Below, in pieces: positions 12,195-25,656 of a DNA stretch of 64,000 nt. The notes below the pieces were generated by a model. That model was given only the letters and a program-made list of their open reading frames with translations, did not search any database and was not told where the DNA came from. The stretch spans positions 36,580,001-36,644,000 of the forward strand of contig JANJGN010000026.1 of assembly GCA_026770705.1 (NCBI GenBank), in the 5' to 3' direction. A program made the position numbers and the translations under genes. Within the stretch, counting starts at the first letter, position 1; the number at the start of each line of letters is the position of its first letter. This DNA comes from Isurus oxyrinchus (Eukaryota).

Positions 12195-12630
12195 AACAAC
12201 TGAACTCACTAAGCATCTCCCCACGGATCCTCTCTTCCTGTTCCATTCCGTCTGATACCATCCTCCTGAATTCACTGAGCATCACCCCAGGGGTCCTCTC
12301 TCCCTGCTCCATTCCCTCTGACACCATCCTCCTGAAAATCACCCCAGGGGTCCTCTAACCCTGCTCCATTCCCTCTGACACCATCCTCCTGAACATCACC
12401 CCAGAGATCCTCTCTTCCTCCTCCATTACCATCCACCTGAACTCACTGAGCATCACCCCAGAGATTCTCTCTCCCGGCTCCAATTCCTCTGATACCATCC
12501 TCCTGAATTCATTGAACATCACCCCAGGGATCCTCCCTTCCTGCTCTATTCCCTCCATTACCATCCTCCTGACCTCTCTGAACATCACCCCAGGGATCCT
12601 CCCTTCCTGCTCCATTCCCTCTGATACCAG
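12195..12630. repeat. 66-bp tandem repeat (~7 units; 66/57/48-bp variants)
   Basis: atcctcctgaattcactgagcatcaccccagggatcctctcttcctgctccattccctctgatacc. Confidence 0.9.
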
Positions 12631-12753
12631 CTCAAATGGGAAGCTTCAACTCTCACTCCACTGATTCTGGCAGAGGCTGTTAAGCGTTTTCAGTTTTAAA
12701 CCAATAATAAGAACTCTCTGTTTAAGCAGTGTGACATGAGCAAAGAACCCTCA

Positions 12754-12825
12754 TTCCCAAACCAGAAATTTAATCCGGGCTGCGGCGTTGAAAGGGCCAA
12801 ATTCTAACCACATGGCCACCAGGGA
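12754..12825 (-). tRNA. tRNA-Glu(TTC) pseudogene
   Basis: Reverse complement TCCCTGGTGGCCATGTGGTTAGAATTTGGCCCTTTCAACGCCGCAG..TTTGGGAA aligns to vertebrate tRNA-Glu; T-loop decayed. Confidence 0.75.
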
Positions 12826-13254
12826 CGTTATCCTTTTGTTTTGATAAATGATACTTTTGCCATTTTTTTCATTTCAAGCTGCTTTATCCAGAGACAAAAT
12901 GACCTATTTAGCCAACTAAACAACCATTGCCATTGGCTGGAACATGAAATTGACAGTGTGGTGAAATAGTACCAAAAGCTGTGAATTGCAAATTCAATTT
13001 CCAAAACCCACCAATCTAATCACTGCAGCTCCTGTGCAACTTGCAAGGCAACACACGACAGACATTCATCATCAAAAGTAATTGACCGACATAAAATTCT
13101 TCCACTTTCATGTTACATCTTCTAACTCCTAACCTCCACCTCAGTCATTTCCAGTTCTATTTAATACCCATTTGGAACTTTAACTCTGCTCCTCATTCCA
13201 CGGATTTTGGCCGACTTGCTATGCATTTTATATTATAATAAAGCCAGGAATTTG

Positions 13255-14140
13255 TGCTCTAATAAAAACAGGGGTGCTGAAGTTCCCAGCAGGTCTGGCA
13301 GCATCTGTGGAGACAGAAACAGGTTGAATGTTTTCAGGCCATATGGCACTTCTTCAGACCTGAAAGGAGATAGAAATGTGATGGGATTTATGCTGCTGAC
13401 GGGGCAGAGGGTTGGGGAGGCGGTTAAGAAAATGGAGCAAAAATGTTCAGGGATAGGTTGGAGGTCAGGAGAGATTAAATGACAAAGATATCATGGAACA
13501 CAAGTCAAAGGCAAAGGAAATTATATTATTAATTATGAAATTAGGTATTAATATCTAGACAAAGGTCAGCACTGACTGGAAGCAAAATAACAGAATGTGT
13601 TAATTGCGGAAAAAGGGTCGGCGCTGTCTGAAAGCAAACATGAGAACAAGATGCTGGCTGGCACTTGGGGGGTGGGAGGCTGCAGGGAAATTAAAATGGA
13701 GGATGGAGTTGATGGTGTGAATCTGTTGACCTCAATGTTGAGTCCAGAAGGCTGTAGAGTGCCTATTGAGAAGATGAGGTGCTGTTCCTTCAGTTCGCAT
13801 TGAGCTTCACTGGAACATTGTAGAAGGCTGAGGACAGAAATGTGAGTGTGAGCGAGATGGTGACAGGCAGGTCTGGGTTATGCTTGTGGACTGAGTGAAA
13901 GTGTTCCACAAAGCGGACAGTCAGTCTGTGTTTACTCTCCCCATTGTAGAGGAGACCACATTGAGGGCAATGAATGCAACAGCCTGAATTGCATGAAGTG
14001 CAAATAAATCTCTGCTTCATCTGGAAGGAGCGTTTGAAACCTTGGAGGGAGGTGGGAGGAGGTAAAGGGGCAGGTGTTACACCTCCTGCAATTGCATGGG
14101 AAGGTGCCATGGGAAGGTGATGAGATGTTGGGGGTGATAG
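13255..14140 (-). mobile_element. Penelope-like retroelement fragment (GIY-YIG endonuclease, decayed)
   Basis: CNCRRCNTCPF and CIHCPQCGLLYNGESKHRL..RFVEH motifs. Confidence 0.8.
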
Positions 14141-14187
14141 TGTTTTTTGAATCAGAAATTGGTTTCTGGTTGTGATATTTTGCACTA

Positions 14188-14253
14188 CAGCGAGACCGGG
14201 AATCAAACCTGGGCGATGAGAACACCAGATCATAACCATTAGGTCACCAGGGT
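14188..14253 (-). tRNA. tRNA-Glu(CTC) pseudogene with internal deletion
   Basis: Reverse complement CCCTGGTGACCTAATGGTTATGATCTGGTGTTCTCATCGCCCAGGTTTGATTCCCGGTC. Confidence 0.65.
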
Positions 14254-14819
14254 GCTTGTGAATCATCCTGTTTAGAGAATTCAGCTGTCAACCAGAGCAT
14301 TGGTGGTTTGACACCATCTAGGGCCGGTAGAATCTCTCTATTCCTGCTTCTAATTATATTACAGACACAGTTCTGCTTTGAGTCCTTTGGTTACAAGAAA
14401 ATGTTGCCCTAACTTTGCCAGCCCTGCTGTTATCCAGTAGGTTCCCAGGCAAATAGTTATATGAATTTTTATTTCAAAGAAATGAGATAAATTAGAGCAA
14501 ACATGTGCATAACATCCAACTTGTTGGGTTCAAAGAATCAAATAGAAATTGATATAGAAACAAAAATAGCTGGAAAAGCTCAGCAGGTCTGACAGCATTT
14601 GCAGAGAGGAACACAATTGATGTTTCGAGTCTGTATGACTCTTTGAATAGACTCTCAAACAGAAATTGATTCTGTGATTGCACATATAGAACTGGAACAC
14701 ACCATCGCACCGAGTGAATCCATTGTCTGTTTACATGTTGCTCAGTGAAAATTTCAATCATCCTTGACTTTGTGGCATTCGGGTACTGAATCGGTAAGCA
14801 GTCTGTACTCAAAGGGCAT

Positions 14820-15420
14820 GTGAACATACGAATTAGGAGCAGGACTGGGCCACTCGGCCCTTCAAGCTTGTTCCACCATTTTATAAGATCATGGCTAACC
14901 TTTCAGCCCCTTGTTATATCTACCTATCTCTGCCTTAAAAAGATTCAAAGACTCTGCTTCCACTGCCTTTTGAAGGAGAGAGTTACAAATACTCACGATG
15001 CTCTGAGAGAAAAAGAATTCTCTCATCTCTGTCTTAAATGAGTGAACTCCTATTTTTAAACAGTGACACCTAGTTCCAGATTCTCCCACAAGAGGAAAGA
15101 TCCTCTTCACACCCACCCTGTCAAAACTCCTCAGGATCTGAAAGATTCCGATCAAGTCGCCTCTTAGTTTTCTAAATTCCAGCGGATACAGGCCTAGCCT
15201 GTCCACCCTTTCCTCATAAGACAGCCCGCCTATCTGTGATATTAGTCCAGTAAGCCTTCCCTGAACGACTTCTAACGCATTTACATCTTTCCTTAAATAA
15301 GGAGGCCAACACTTTCCACAGCACTCCAGATATGGTCACACAGGTGTCCTGTACAACTGAACCATAACCTTCTTACTTCAATTCCCCTCACAGTGAATGA
15401 TAACGTTCAATCCTAATTAC
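14820..15420 (-). mobile_element. CR1 LINE 3' fragment
   Basis: DRLGLYPLEFRKLRGDLI..FPLVGESGTRCH.LK..FFSQ motif. Confidence 0.85.
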
Positions 15421-15433
15421 TGAATCCTAATTA

Positions 15434-16303
15434 GTGAAGCAGCATTTCACTTGCATTTCCCCCAACTTAGTCTACTGCATTCGTTGCTCCCAATGTGGTC
15501 TCCTCTACATTGGAGAGACCAAACGTAAACTGGGCGACCGCTTTGCAGAACACCTGCGGTCTGTCCGCAAGAATGACTCAAACCTCCCTGTCGCTTGCCA
15601 TTTTAACACTCCACCCTGCTCTCTTGCCCACATGTCTGTCCTTGGCTTGCTGCATTGTTCCAGTGAAGCCCCACGCAAACTGGAGGAACAACACCTCATC
15701 TTCCGACTAGGCACCTTATAGCCTTCCGGACTGAATATTGAATTCAACAACTTTAGGTCGTGAGCTCCCTCCCCCATCCCCACCCCTTCTGTTTCCCCCT
15801 TTTTTTCCCAATAAATTATATAGATTTTTCTTTTCCCACCTATTTCCATTATTTTTAAATATTTTAAAATCTTTTATGCTCCCTCCACCACCACTAGAGC
15901 TGTACCTTGAGTGCCCTACCATCCATTCTTAATTAGCACATTCGTTTAGATAATATCACCAACTTTAACTTTAACACCTATGTGTTCTATTGTACCATTG
16001 TCTCTGACATCTTTTGATGATCTGCTTCTATCACTGCTTGTTTGTCCACACAACCACACCCCCCGCCCACCTCTCTCTCTCTCTATCTCTCCACCCCCAC
16101 ACATACACCTTAAACCAGCTTATATTTCAACTCTTTCTTGGACTCGAAATCAAGTTCTGTCGAAGGGTCATGAGGACTCGAAACCTCAACTCTTTTCTTC
16201 TCCGCCGATGCTGCCAGACCTGCTGAGTTTTTCCAGGTAATTCTGTTTTTGTTTTGGATTTCCAGCATCCCCAGTTTTTTTGTTTTTATATTTTTTTTGT
16301 TTT
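15434..16303 (+). mobile_element. Penelope-like retroelement 3' portion (GIY-YIG) with target-site duplication
   Basis: NLVYCIRCSQCGLLYIGETKRKLGDRFAEHLRSV..RKLEEQHLIFRLGTL; flanked by AATCCTAATTA at 15423 and 16304. Confidence 0.9.
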
Positions 16304-16512
16304 AATCCTAATTACTTGTTGTGCCTAAATAGTTCCGCTTTTTTATCAATTTCTTTCAGACCTCCTGAATAGCTTTGCACATCTGGAAACTATTCTCTCA
16401 TGTTTCAGCCCTCTTACCCTGACATGTCTAAATCTCTTCACAGCCGATTTACTCCTCTGTATCCTCCTCACAGCTTACATTTCCACCATTTACATCAGCT
16501 AAGTTTTGTCTA

Positions 16513-16580
16513 CATGCGCCAGCGAGGGTCGAACTCAGCACCTGGTTTGGTAAGTCCACTGTTTTAACCACTGGGTTGCC
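16513..16580 (-). pseudogene. heavily decayed tRNA-like sequence (isotype unresolved)
   Basis: Reverse complement has A-box-like CCAGTGGTTAA and B-box GAGTTCGACCC; its flank is similar to that of the tRNA-Leu copy. Confidence 0.4.
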
Positions 16581-17229
16581 CCAAGGAGGTAAATGTCCTC
16601 TTGCAACTTTTAAAACTACTATTATTCTCTGTACCATTTACCATGAAGATACATAACTAAAGTGAGTAAAGTTTACGATGGTAAAAATGTGTTTACCCCC
16701 CTCAGGGAACTAAATCATATTGACACGTGCAGAGGAACATACACAGACATGGACACCGATAGTGACAGCTGCCTAAGGAAAGAAAGATATCCAGAAAGCA
16801 AGGATGTCACCAGACTGGCTCCGTTTTTGTTCCATTTCCAACTGCAAATTTGGTGAATGCCTGCGGATGAACGGAAATGAAAAATACTGGGAAGCGTTTG
16901 AAATTTTTTTTAATAGATAATTAATTCTGTGACTCATTCTTAAAGCAGGAACAATGAGAAATGTAAACTACTAAATGTAGTTTGCAGGTTCAATATGCAG
17001 GATTTGAAACTGTATCAGGAAACATAAAATGGTTTCAAGCCCATTACATAAGCAACTCAGCTCCGTCCATTGCTGCCATCTACCTTTTAATGCGACAAAG
17101 TGGTTTACAGCTGAGAATGAAGACATGTAGCCCCATCTATTCCTGGCTGCCCTGCAATTTCTGCTGTCTCTCCTCGATCTTTCCTCCAGAATGGAGCACT
17201 GCACACTGAACGTGCACAGGAACACACAT

Positions 17230-17590
17230 GTGATTGAGGTGTATAAAATTATATGGGGCATAGGTAGGGTAGACAGGAAGGAACTTTTCCCCTTAGTGGA
17301 GGGATCAATAACCAGGGGGCGTAGATTTAAGATAAGGGGTGGAAGGTTTAGAGGTGATGTTTTCACCCAGAGGGTCGTGGGAATCTGGAACTCACTGTCT
17401 GAAAGGGTGGTAGAGGCAGAAACCCTCATAACGTTAAAGAAGTATTTGGATGTACACTTGCGATGCCATGGTATACAAGGCAATGGGCCTAGTGCTGGAA
17501 AATGGGTTTAGAATAGTTAGTCACTTGTTTGACGGGTGCAGACTCGATGGGCTGAAGGGCCTTTTTCTGCGCTATGGGCCTCTATGACTC
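17230..17590 (+). mobile_element. CR1 LINE 3' end
   Basis: IEVYKI..DRKELFPLVEGSITRG..FTQRVV.IWNSL. Confidence 0.85.
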
Positions 17591-17643
17591 TATAACTGAA
17601 GGGTTTGGCAAAATTGATTGAAAATATGAACAGTCTGAAGGCC

Positions 17644-17725
17644 TGACAATGGAGGGATTTGAACCCACACTTCCACAAAAACTGGAACCTAACTCCAGCG
17701 TCTTGGATCACTCGGCAACGCAACC
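17644..17725 (-). tRNA. tRNA-Leu(TAG) pseudogene
   Basis: 82-nt reverse complement GGTTGCGTTGCCGAGTGATCCAAGACGCTGGAGTTAGGTTCCAG..GTGGGTTCAAATCCC.. with long variable arm; several stem mismatches. Confidence 0.8.
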
Positions 17726-19498
17726 ACTATAGTGGCAAAAATTGTCCTTGCCATGACTGAAATTTTCAATCACTCTCCACGTTGTAACATTCAGTAACTG
17801 AACGGTCTCCACTGAAAAAACATACAGAAAGAAACATTCTCCTCCTGCATCTTTCCAACCTGCTTTTTCTTTCTGAGCCTTTTTAATGTGAAGCTACACA
17901 ACTAATGTGAGTGAAGTTTGTGATGGTAAAAATGGGTCCATCCCCTCGTGGAACCGAACCGCTTTGATACATTCCTGATCCGAACCACTCGTTGTGCAAC
18001 ATAGAAGCCCCTTTAAAACTGTAACTATTATTTTCAGTTTCCTCTCCTCTCCGACCAAAATGAATCACTTCACACTTCCAAACATTAAATTTCAGCTGCC
18101 ACTTGTCCATCCAAATGGATTTGTTGAAGGGGCAGAAAGGAGAACCGACTCAAACTGGGAATGAAAGAGTGAGAATGAAAGAAGAGACGTGACGGGTGTT
18201 GTCGATCCCAGGGGAAAGAGACTCTGTTCATTGTGACAGTTCACACAGCAACAAGGACACAATATTCCCTGATGAGGGCCAACTGCGAGCGGCAGGAGCG
18301 GGAGTGCCGAATAACAGCTTGTTTAGTTAAAACATAGAAGGCTTCTTCAGCCAATAACAGCATCGAGTGCGCTCGACATGAACATGAAGTGAACAGTGAG
18401 GGGAAATAGTGCCACAAGCTGCGGATGTACAACGTTCAATTTCCAAATCCACCAACAGAATCAATGTGGCTCCTCTGAAACTTTCAAGGCAAATATTGAT
18501 CATTTATCAGATGCCGTTCCCAGAACTATACACAGTCCTCCAGGTGTGACCTAACCAGGGCTTTGTATGGCTGCAGCAAACCTTTCCCTCTTTTCTATAA
18601 CGGTCTCTGTAACAGGTTGTACAACAAGAGAAATTAGATTGTATAAGGCGACTGAGAAAAACGAGGACATGCTTGATCTGAATCAATCTCTTTGGAAAGT
18701 TTGGTATGAAATCAGCTGCATAATACATTTATGGTTCAAAAAATATATCGGAATCTAAAGTCCAACTCCTGATGTCATTGGGTCAGGGAAACTTTGTTAA
18801 TGATCACACAGTGTGCTGGGCACTGCAGAAACTCCTGCACCTCTTTAATATTGTTCCATAACTTTCATAAGCTCCATGAAATCTCTGTTTAACCTCCTTT
18901 GTTCTAAACATAACAATCGCGGCCTCAATAATCTCTCCACAAAGCTGAATTTCGTCATCTATAGACATGATACAAGGTGGAAAATTGCAATGAGATTTTA
19001 GAAAATATTGCCAGCTGGCAGTTGGGAAGATGGAAAAGGAACCAAAGCAGAAACCCCAGTCTCCAGCTTTGCGAATCTTTCCAAATTCTTTGGGAACCTG
19101 GATCAGAGGAGAATGAAGGGTGAACTGTCCGACTGACCGTTCAAGGTACCGTTCCCTTCTTTAAGGTACTGGAACATTGACTCTGATGTTATCATTGAAA
19201 TTAACTGATCTGAGACATGGAAAGGATTCTCCTCACTGCACATCAGCAATTCAAGCCGAATATTGGTTTTGGGACAATCAGAACACTTGGTGACAGACAA
19301 GGCACCAAAAGGATCGAAGGGAGACTGTAGGAGAGCTGGTTCCAGGTGACACGGATGTGTCTGCAGTGGGTGGGATCAGACTGTTTCCATGTATCTAAAT
19401 CAATGCCTTACATTTTATTTTGGAAAAGTAAAACTCGTAGAGAACAATGATCATTCTGATAGTGGCAATCTGAAGCTTTAAGTACATATCTTGCGACT

Positions 19499-19572
19499 TT
19501 TTCTGTGGTGCAATTGGTCAGCATGTTCGGCTGTTAACTGGAAGGTTGGTAGTTCGAGACCACCCAGAGACG
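19499..19572 (+). tRNA. tRNA-Asn(GTT), likely pseudogene
   Basis: TCTGTGGTGCAATTGGTCAGCATGTTCGGCTGTTAACTGGAAGGTTGGTAGTTCGAGACCACCCAGAGACG; CpG-decay substitutions. Confidence 0.8.
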
Positions 19573-20429
19573 AAGCTTTCACTGTTTATCAGCCCATCAC
19601 ATTCATCACCCCACAGCTCTGGGTTGTTAAGGTGCATATTGGTTTCAAGCAAATAATCCACATTTCTGTTATTCAGTGACCCACACAAACGGTTGCTTTC
19701 TTATGAATATTTCAAATGTAAAGAGAAAATTATTAGGCCCACCATGTACCAATATCTAACCCATTGGAAAGATATGAAGTTATATGATTCAAACAAACCC
19801 ATCAGTGATTCTCTCTTCCTCAGCTCCACAGTGAGTGGGACAGGGAAGAGCGGAGAAGTGGCAATATTCCGGCCCCACACTCTCCAATCACCCGCTGCCA
19901 GCAGAAAGCGGCGTCAGCAGCTTCATTCAGCGGGTTACTGTCCATCCCTGGGATGCAAGATACTCCAACACGGGCTAAACCTCCCAATACACCGAGCAGT
20001 CTCAGGCAAACACAGGTAGATTAGATCCCGGCCACTAAACCTCCGAGCAGCATTAACAGAATTCCCGAGAGACGGAGTCACAAATAAAAACGACGACAAC
20101 TTTGTAAATCTTTTCACTGTGAAATTCTATCTTTTTATTTAAAAACTGGCAGTTGTGAATCTGAAAATGAGCACCATGGGATTTGTGTTACCGACTGACT
20201 TGTTTTCCATTGTTTGTCCGACAGGTTTGCAACTCAATTTGTGTTGGAGATTGAAGCGAATCTGATGTCAAAATGTGGTTATAAAACAGATAAACATTAA
20301 ATCCAGGAACAAATCCTGAGGAAAATGGATCACAATGTTTGGAAGTAGGTGCAGCTGAGAAGCAGAAGCTGTGAATGATGTTATTGATGATTGATGGGAA
20401 AGCATTGGACCCTTGGGCTTCAGGTGGTC

Positions 20430-20905
20430 AATTTCCTTCTCTCCCATTGCATTCAGACTGTTAACTCGCTGTGATGTTTTCCATTCCCACATTCGGAGCA
20501 GGTTAATGGCCTCTCCACAGTGTGAACTTGCTGGTGTCTCAGCCGATGGATGTATGAGTGAATCCCTTCCCACACATGGAGCAGGTTAATAACTTCCCAC
20601 CAGTGTGACTGCATTAGTGAATTTCCAGCTAAGATGGGTGACTCAATCCTTCCTCACATTCCCCACATTTTACAGATTCTCATCAATGTAACCATGCTTG
20701 TATTTCAACAGGCCAGATGATGCATTGAATCCTCGTCCACACACAGGACACGTGTACAGTTTCTCCCCACTGTGAACGGTGCTTTTTCCTTCCATGTTCA
20801 AACTCTGATGATATTCAGGCTACGATAAACTGGGCGACTCAGCCAGATCCTAGTGTGATGTTGGTTTGAGTTTGCTGACTGCAAATCTTCCCCTCCTAAT
20901 ACCCT
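20430..20905 (-). pseudogene. C2H2 zinc-finger (gastrula-ZF-like) pseudogene
   Basis: Reverse-strand ATG at 20795: [23 protein letters not shown].. followed by stops and frameshifts; paralogous to 30794. Confidence 0.85.
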
Positions 20906-21379
20906 GTGAAAATGATTTAAAGCAGAAAAACGGGAGGGAGAACCCACAAAAACACAAAGGCGGGTTGTGAAATTGAACTGAAAATTTGGAAATTTGTGGG
21001 ACAGATACTACGGCAAAATGACATTCAAAGCTGTTGGATTGTCAAAACAATTCAACTGGTTGACTAATGTTCATCAGAGAAGGGAACTTTACACTCAGTC
21101 TGGGCCTACACAAGACCTCTATAGGAGGAGAGAGGCGGAGACAAAGAGGGAGATAGAGAGAGAAAATGAGGGAGAAATGCAAAAGGAGAGATAGAGAGTG
21201 ACGTAAGAGGGTAAGGTTCAGAGGGAGAGAGAGATAGAGAGAGAGAGAGGTGAGAGTGGCAGGGGTGAAAGAGAGGGATTTCATATCAGCTCGACCAGAA
21301 CTTTAAGAGAACGTCTCGAACCCTGAATCTACACCATCTAGAAGGAGCAAGGTAACAGGTGTACGCAAACGCACACACC

Positions 21380-22335
21380 ATCCTGACTTGTCTGGCATCC
21401 AGTGCTGCATGAACAGAAATGTCCTCCAATTAAATATTGGAAAAATTAAAGCCATTGTCTTTAGCCCCTCTTACCGACCCCCCCCCCCCTCCCCACAACT
21501 ACCACCACCACCACCCCCTATCCCCCCCCCCCCCACCCCCGATCCCCCCCCCCCACCCCCACCCCCCCGGCCCCCTACAAACGTCACTCCTTAGCCAATG
21601 GCTCCTTTCCTCTCCCCAGCAATTGTCTGAGGCTGAACCAGATTCTTCTAAAACTTGATGTCATGCTTCAAACATATCTGCATCATCACAAAGACTGCCG
21701 ATTCCCACCTCAGTAACATCACCGAACCCTGTCCTAGCCTCAGCTCATCCAGTTCTAAAACTCTCATCCATTCCTTTATTATCTCTAGACTTAACTACCC
21801 TAACGCACCCCAGGCCAGCCTCCCACATTCACCTCCCCAGTAAACTTGAGGTGATGTAACACTCTGCTACCCATGTGTTTGTTTGCAGTAAGTCTTGCTC
21901 TCTCATCACCTCTGTGCCCGCTGACCGAAAAAGGCTCGCGTTTAAGAAGCACCAATTTTTTAAAATTCTCATCCTTGTTTTCAAATCCCTCTGGGGCTGC
22001 AATCACCCCTTTCTCTGTGATCTCCTCCAGGCCAACAACCCTTCAGGATCTCTGCACTGATCTAATCCTGATCTCTTGACCATTCTCAATTAATCAGTCC
22101 ACCACTGGTTGCCATTTTTTAAGTTTCCGAGACCCCAAGCTCTGAAATTTCCTCCCCAAACCTCCCCACATCTCTATTCACTTTCTTCTATTAAGATACT
22201 CCTTCGCCTTACTCTTTCACAAAGCTTTTGGTCACCTGCCCTAATGTCTCCTTATGTGGCTCGGTGTCAAATGTTACTTTGTAATATTTCTACAAAATGC
22301 TTTGGAACATTCAGTTACATGAAAGATGCTATGTG
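21380..22335 (+). mobile_element. L2/CR1-clade LINE 3' fragment interrupted by a poly-C tract
   Basis: LQLNIGK.KAIVF and LIHSFIISRLNY motifs. Confidence 0.7.
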
Positions 22336-23139
22336 AATACAAATTATTGTTAGTTTGGATATATATTACTGTTCCTTCATCGCCACAGGGTGAAAGGTTC
22401 TGTAACTCCCTATCTAACAACATTGTGGGAGCACCTTCACACGGGTTGCAGAGGTTCAAGAAGGTCAAACATCATCTTCCCCACAGGTAAATGGGGATGG
22501 GCAATATCTGCTGCTGGCCTTGTTAGTGGCACTGAAGTCTCAAGGATTGCCTGTGTCGGATGGGGCGGTCCTTCCTTTAAACTCCATCTGAGAGGAAAGT
22601 GACTGCTCCCGAGAGCTGGATGAGAGGAGGCAGCTCAGAGTCAGATGCTGAACACACTGCAGCCCACATGGACATTACAAACTGCCCCCTTTCTTGGGTA
22701 CTCATTGCTGGAGGCGTAGCAACCAGCACATAGGAACAGAAGCAGGCCATTCAGCCCCACAAACCTGCTCCACCATTCTATTCGCTAAGCTCCCTTTTCC
22801 CATCTTTGTCAAATTACTTTTATATCTTTGCTTAACAAAATTCAATCTATTCATGTCTTGAAAAATTCAACTGACCACCAGCATTCACAGCTTTTTGGGG
22901 AGGTTGGTCCTGGTTCCCACAACTCTTGTCTGAACACGTTGTTCCTGATTTCACTCCACGTTCTACTGTTTTGATTCTGCCCCCTTGTTCTCGATTCCCC
23001 AGCAGAGCAAATGTTTTCCCTGTATCTACCCTCACAAACACATTGATCATTTTAAAAAACAGCATATCACCCCTGAAACTTCAATATTTCATGAAATATA
23101 AACCAATTTTCTGCAGCCTGTTCACCTTGAAGTGCAGCA

Positions 23140-23430
23140 GCATTGACTTTAATGACTTGGAGGAGCTTTCTACCAACTGTTCAGAATGGCGACAACTTAT
23201 CCATCAAGCTGCATCACACTTTGAGTCACAGTGTCTTCATGATGAGGCACAGCAGCAGAGAAGTGGAATCAAATGCTGTGCTCCAGATCCCAATACTTCA
23301 TGGATGTCCTGCCCCATGAGTCCAAATATCTGCAGGTCAAGAATCAGTCTGTTCATTTGCAAGAAGACCCATGGCAGAAACTCACCACCCTGAGTAGACA
23401 TCATCCTTGAATCGAGAGGCTGCTGACAAA
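23140..23430 (+). mobile_element. RTE-like LINE 3' tail (second copy at ~29290-29580)
   Basis: W..LI and CPM.P.IC.SRI.L..H.KTH C-terminal motif; duplicated within the window. Confidence 0.65.
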
Positions 23431-24444
23431 GTATTAAACAACAACTAACACAGGCACTTGAGCACTGAGAGAATACACATAGATGGACAGGTTGTTTAAC
23501 AGAATTCTGACCACAGAAAGTTCATTCCAGTGAAGCCAGACTGAACATGAAGATAAGACAGAAATAGAGGCAGATATGATAGCCCAAGATTAAACATAAT
23601 GCAAACTGAATTAGAATCACCATTGGAGCAGCTTTATTAGATTCACAATAACTAAGCATAATAAACAGAGTCCTTTCACTGTAGGATAATGAAAATACTG
23701 GACAAAGATAGGAATAGTTTCATTCTGAGGGTTTGAGGAGAGGCTTGGTAGAGGATAGACAAAGGGTGTGGCTTCTGCAGCTACTGCAGTTCTGCACTCT
23801 CACAAGGAAGGGGGTGTTTAGATTATGTAAGTGTCACCATTAAGCTGCAAACATAAAATCAAGGCTTTATTTAAGCAATGAAATGGATATAGAAATGAAG
23901 ATGCCCTGTCAGTTCAATGGAACTTGAGGGATTTAGGGTTATTAATAAAAATGAAACATTCTCGCCTCTGAGCCAGAAACTCCTCTGCAGACAGTACTGG
24001 AGAGTGAAGTCGACTCTCCAGCTCATTCTGAATTGACATCAGGCAGGATAGGTGTATCCGGCGGGTCTGGCTGTTCTCTCCCATTGGGTGAGCTGATCAA
24101 ACTCTCCCGGCTGATGCCGGAACAACAAACTGGCTGGAATTAAATGGTTCCAAACACGGAAGGGGGGTTAACAGCCTGCAAATTCTTCCACTAATTCACA
24201 CTGTTCTCCAAGGGATGAATTCAAAGAGAAACAATCACTACGCCCTGTCATTTCCCGAAATAATTCCTGCTGCCTGTCCTGACTGAATCCATTTCAGCAA
24301 CAAATGTTGATATGTTTGCTCCACACCCACAGGTGTGGACAGTTTCATCTGTTTAAAGCCACAAACAGAAAGGTCCAGTTTTCTCCTGGAGTTTGAGACA
24401 AATCAGCTTTCAAAATGATGCAGTTTCTGGCAATGAGGGAGATC

Positions 24445-24820
24445 CGGACTCAGCCCCGCCCCTCATTCACTCCAATTGGTTGGAGGACCAGCCACTTTCG
24501 CTTGGTCCTCTAGTCCAGCCCCGTCTTCCTATTGGTCCCGAGTTGCCGTCAATCAGTCTCCGGGCATTGTGATTTGAGCATGCGCAAGCCATGGCGACGG
24601 ACGGTAAGAGAGCTCGAGCGAGCGGGTTTAAAATGGAGGGTTTACAAAGACCGAATGCGGATCCAGAGCCCAAAATAAAACCTGCAACATTTTCTACTTA
24701 AGAGGCGACTAGAAACCGTAAACATTATCCCTGACTTCCCGGTTTCTCCCGCTCATGTCTGACTTTGGAGTGAGTCCGGCGAGGCCCCAGCGCATGTGCA
24801 ATGTCAGCTCATTCAGGAAG
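24445..24820. promoter_or_regulatory. CpG-rich promoter module (GC box, two CCAAT boxes, NRF1-like GCATGCGC, YY1-like CCATGGCG)
   Basis: Motif cluster with local CpG enrichment; inverted paralog at 28710-28830. Confidence 0.6.
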
Positions 24821-25656
24821 CGTCTGTAAATGGAGAGAAAGTGGTTAAAGTTAGGGAGCGTCTCTAAAAATGGTGATTGTCAGGAAATGTCTGCAAATGA
24901 AGGAAATAAGGACTGAGCATGGAGTGCTTAAAAAGCAAGGGAACGTGCTGATGAACAGGGAATGTCTGTAAAGAATCATTGAGTCATAGAATTGTATAAC
25001 ACTGTTACCAGAGAAGAAGATGATGCTTGACCTTGAACCTTTGCAGTCTGTGTGGTGAAACTGCTCCCACATTTCTGTGAGATAAGGAGTTACAGGAATT
25101 TCACTCAGTGATGATGAAGGAATGGTGACATGTTCAAATCATCAACAATAATGTGTGTTTATATGGTGCCTTTCTTGTAATAGAAAACTCCAAAGTGTTT
25201 CACAGGAGTTTTATGAAGCAACTTTTGCCACTGAGCCCACAGAAGGAGATGTTTGGCTAGATGACCAAAAGTTTGGTCAGAGATAGGTTTTAAGAATTAT
25301 CTTGGAGGGTATGCGGCTGGAGAAAATCACAGAGATAGGAAGGAGCGATATCCTGAAGAGATTTGAGAACAAAAATGATAAATTTAAAATTTAAGTGCTT
25401 CTCAGCCTGGAAACGTACCTCAGCGAGCATGATGGTGATGAGTAAACAAGACTTGGTGGAGTAAGCACATGGGCAGCAGAGTTTTGAATGACCTCAAGAT
25501 CACAGGGAGGTTTAATGTGGGAGGCCGGCTGGGATTCCGTTAGGATAGTTGTCTATAGGTAACAAATGAATAGATAAGAATTTCAATTGCATAGCAACTG
25601 AGACTAGGATGGAGTTGGATGATACTGAGGTGGAAATGGGCAGTCTTGGTGATGAT

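Noticed and set aside
21475-21575. Proline-rich ORFs and poly-C tracts (also ~35030 and ~51910)
   Set aside because: Simple C-runs inside decayed LINEs
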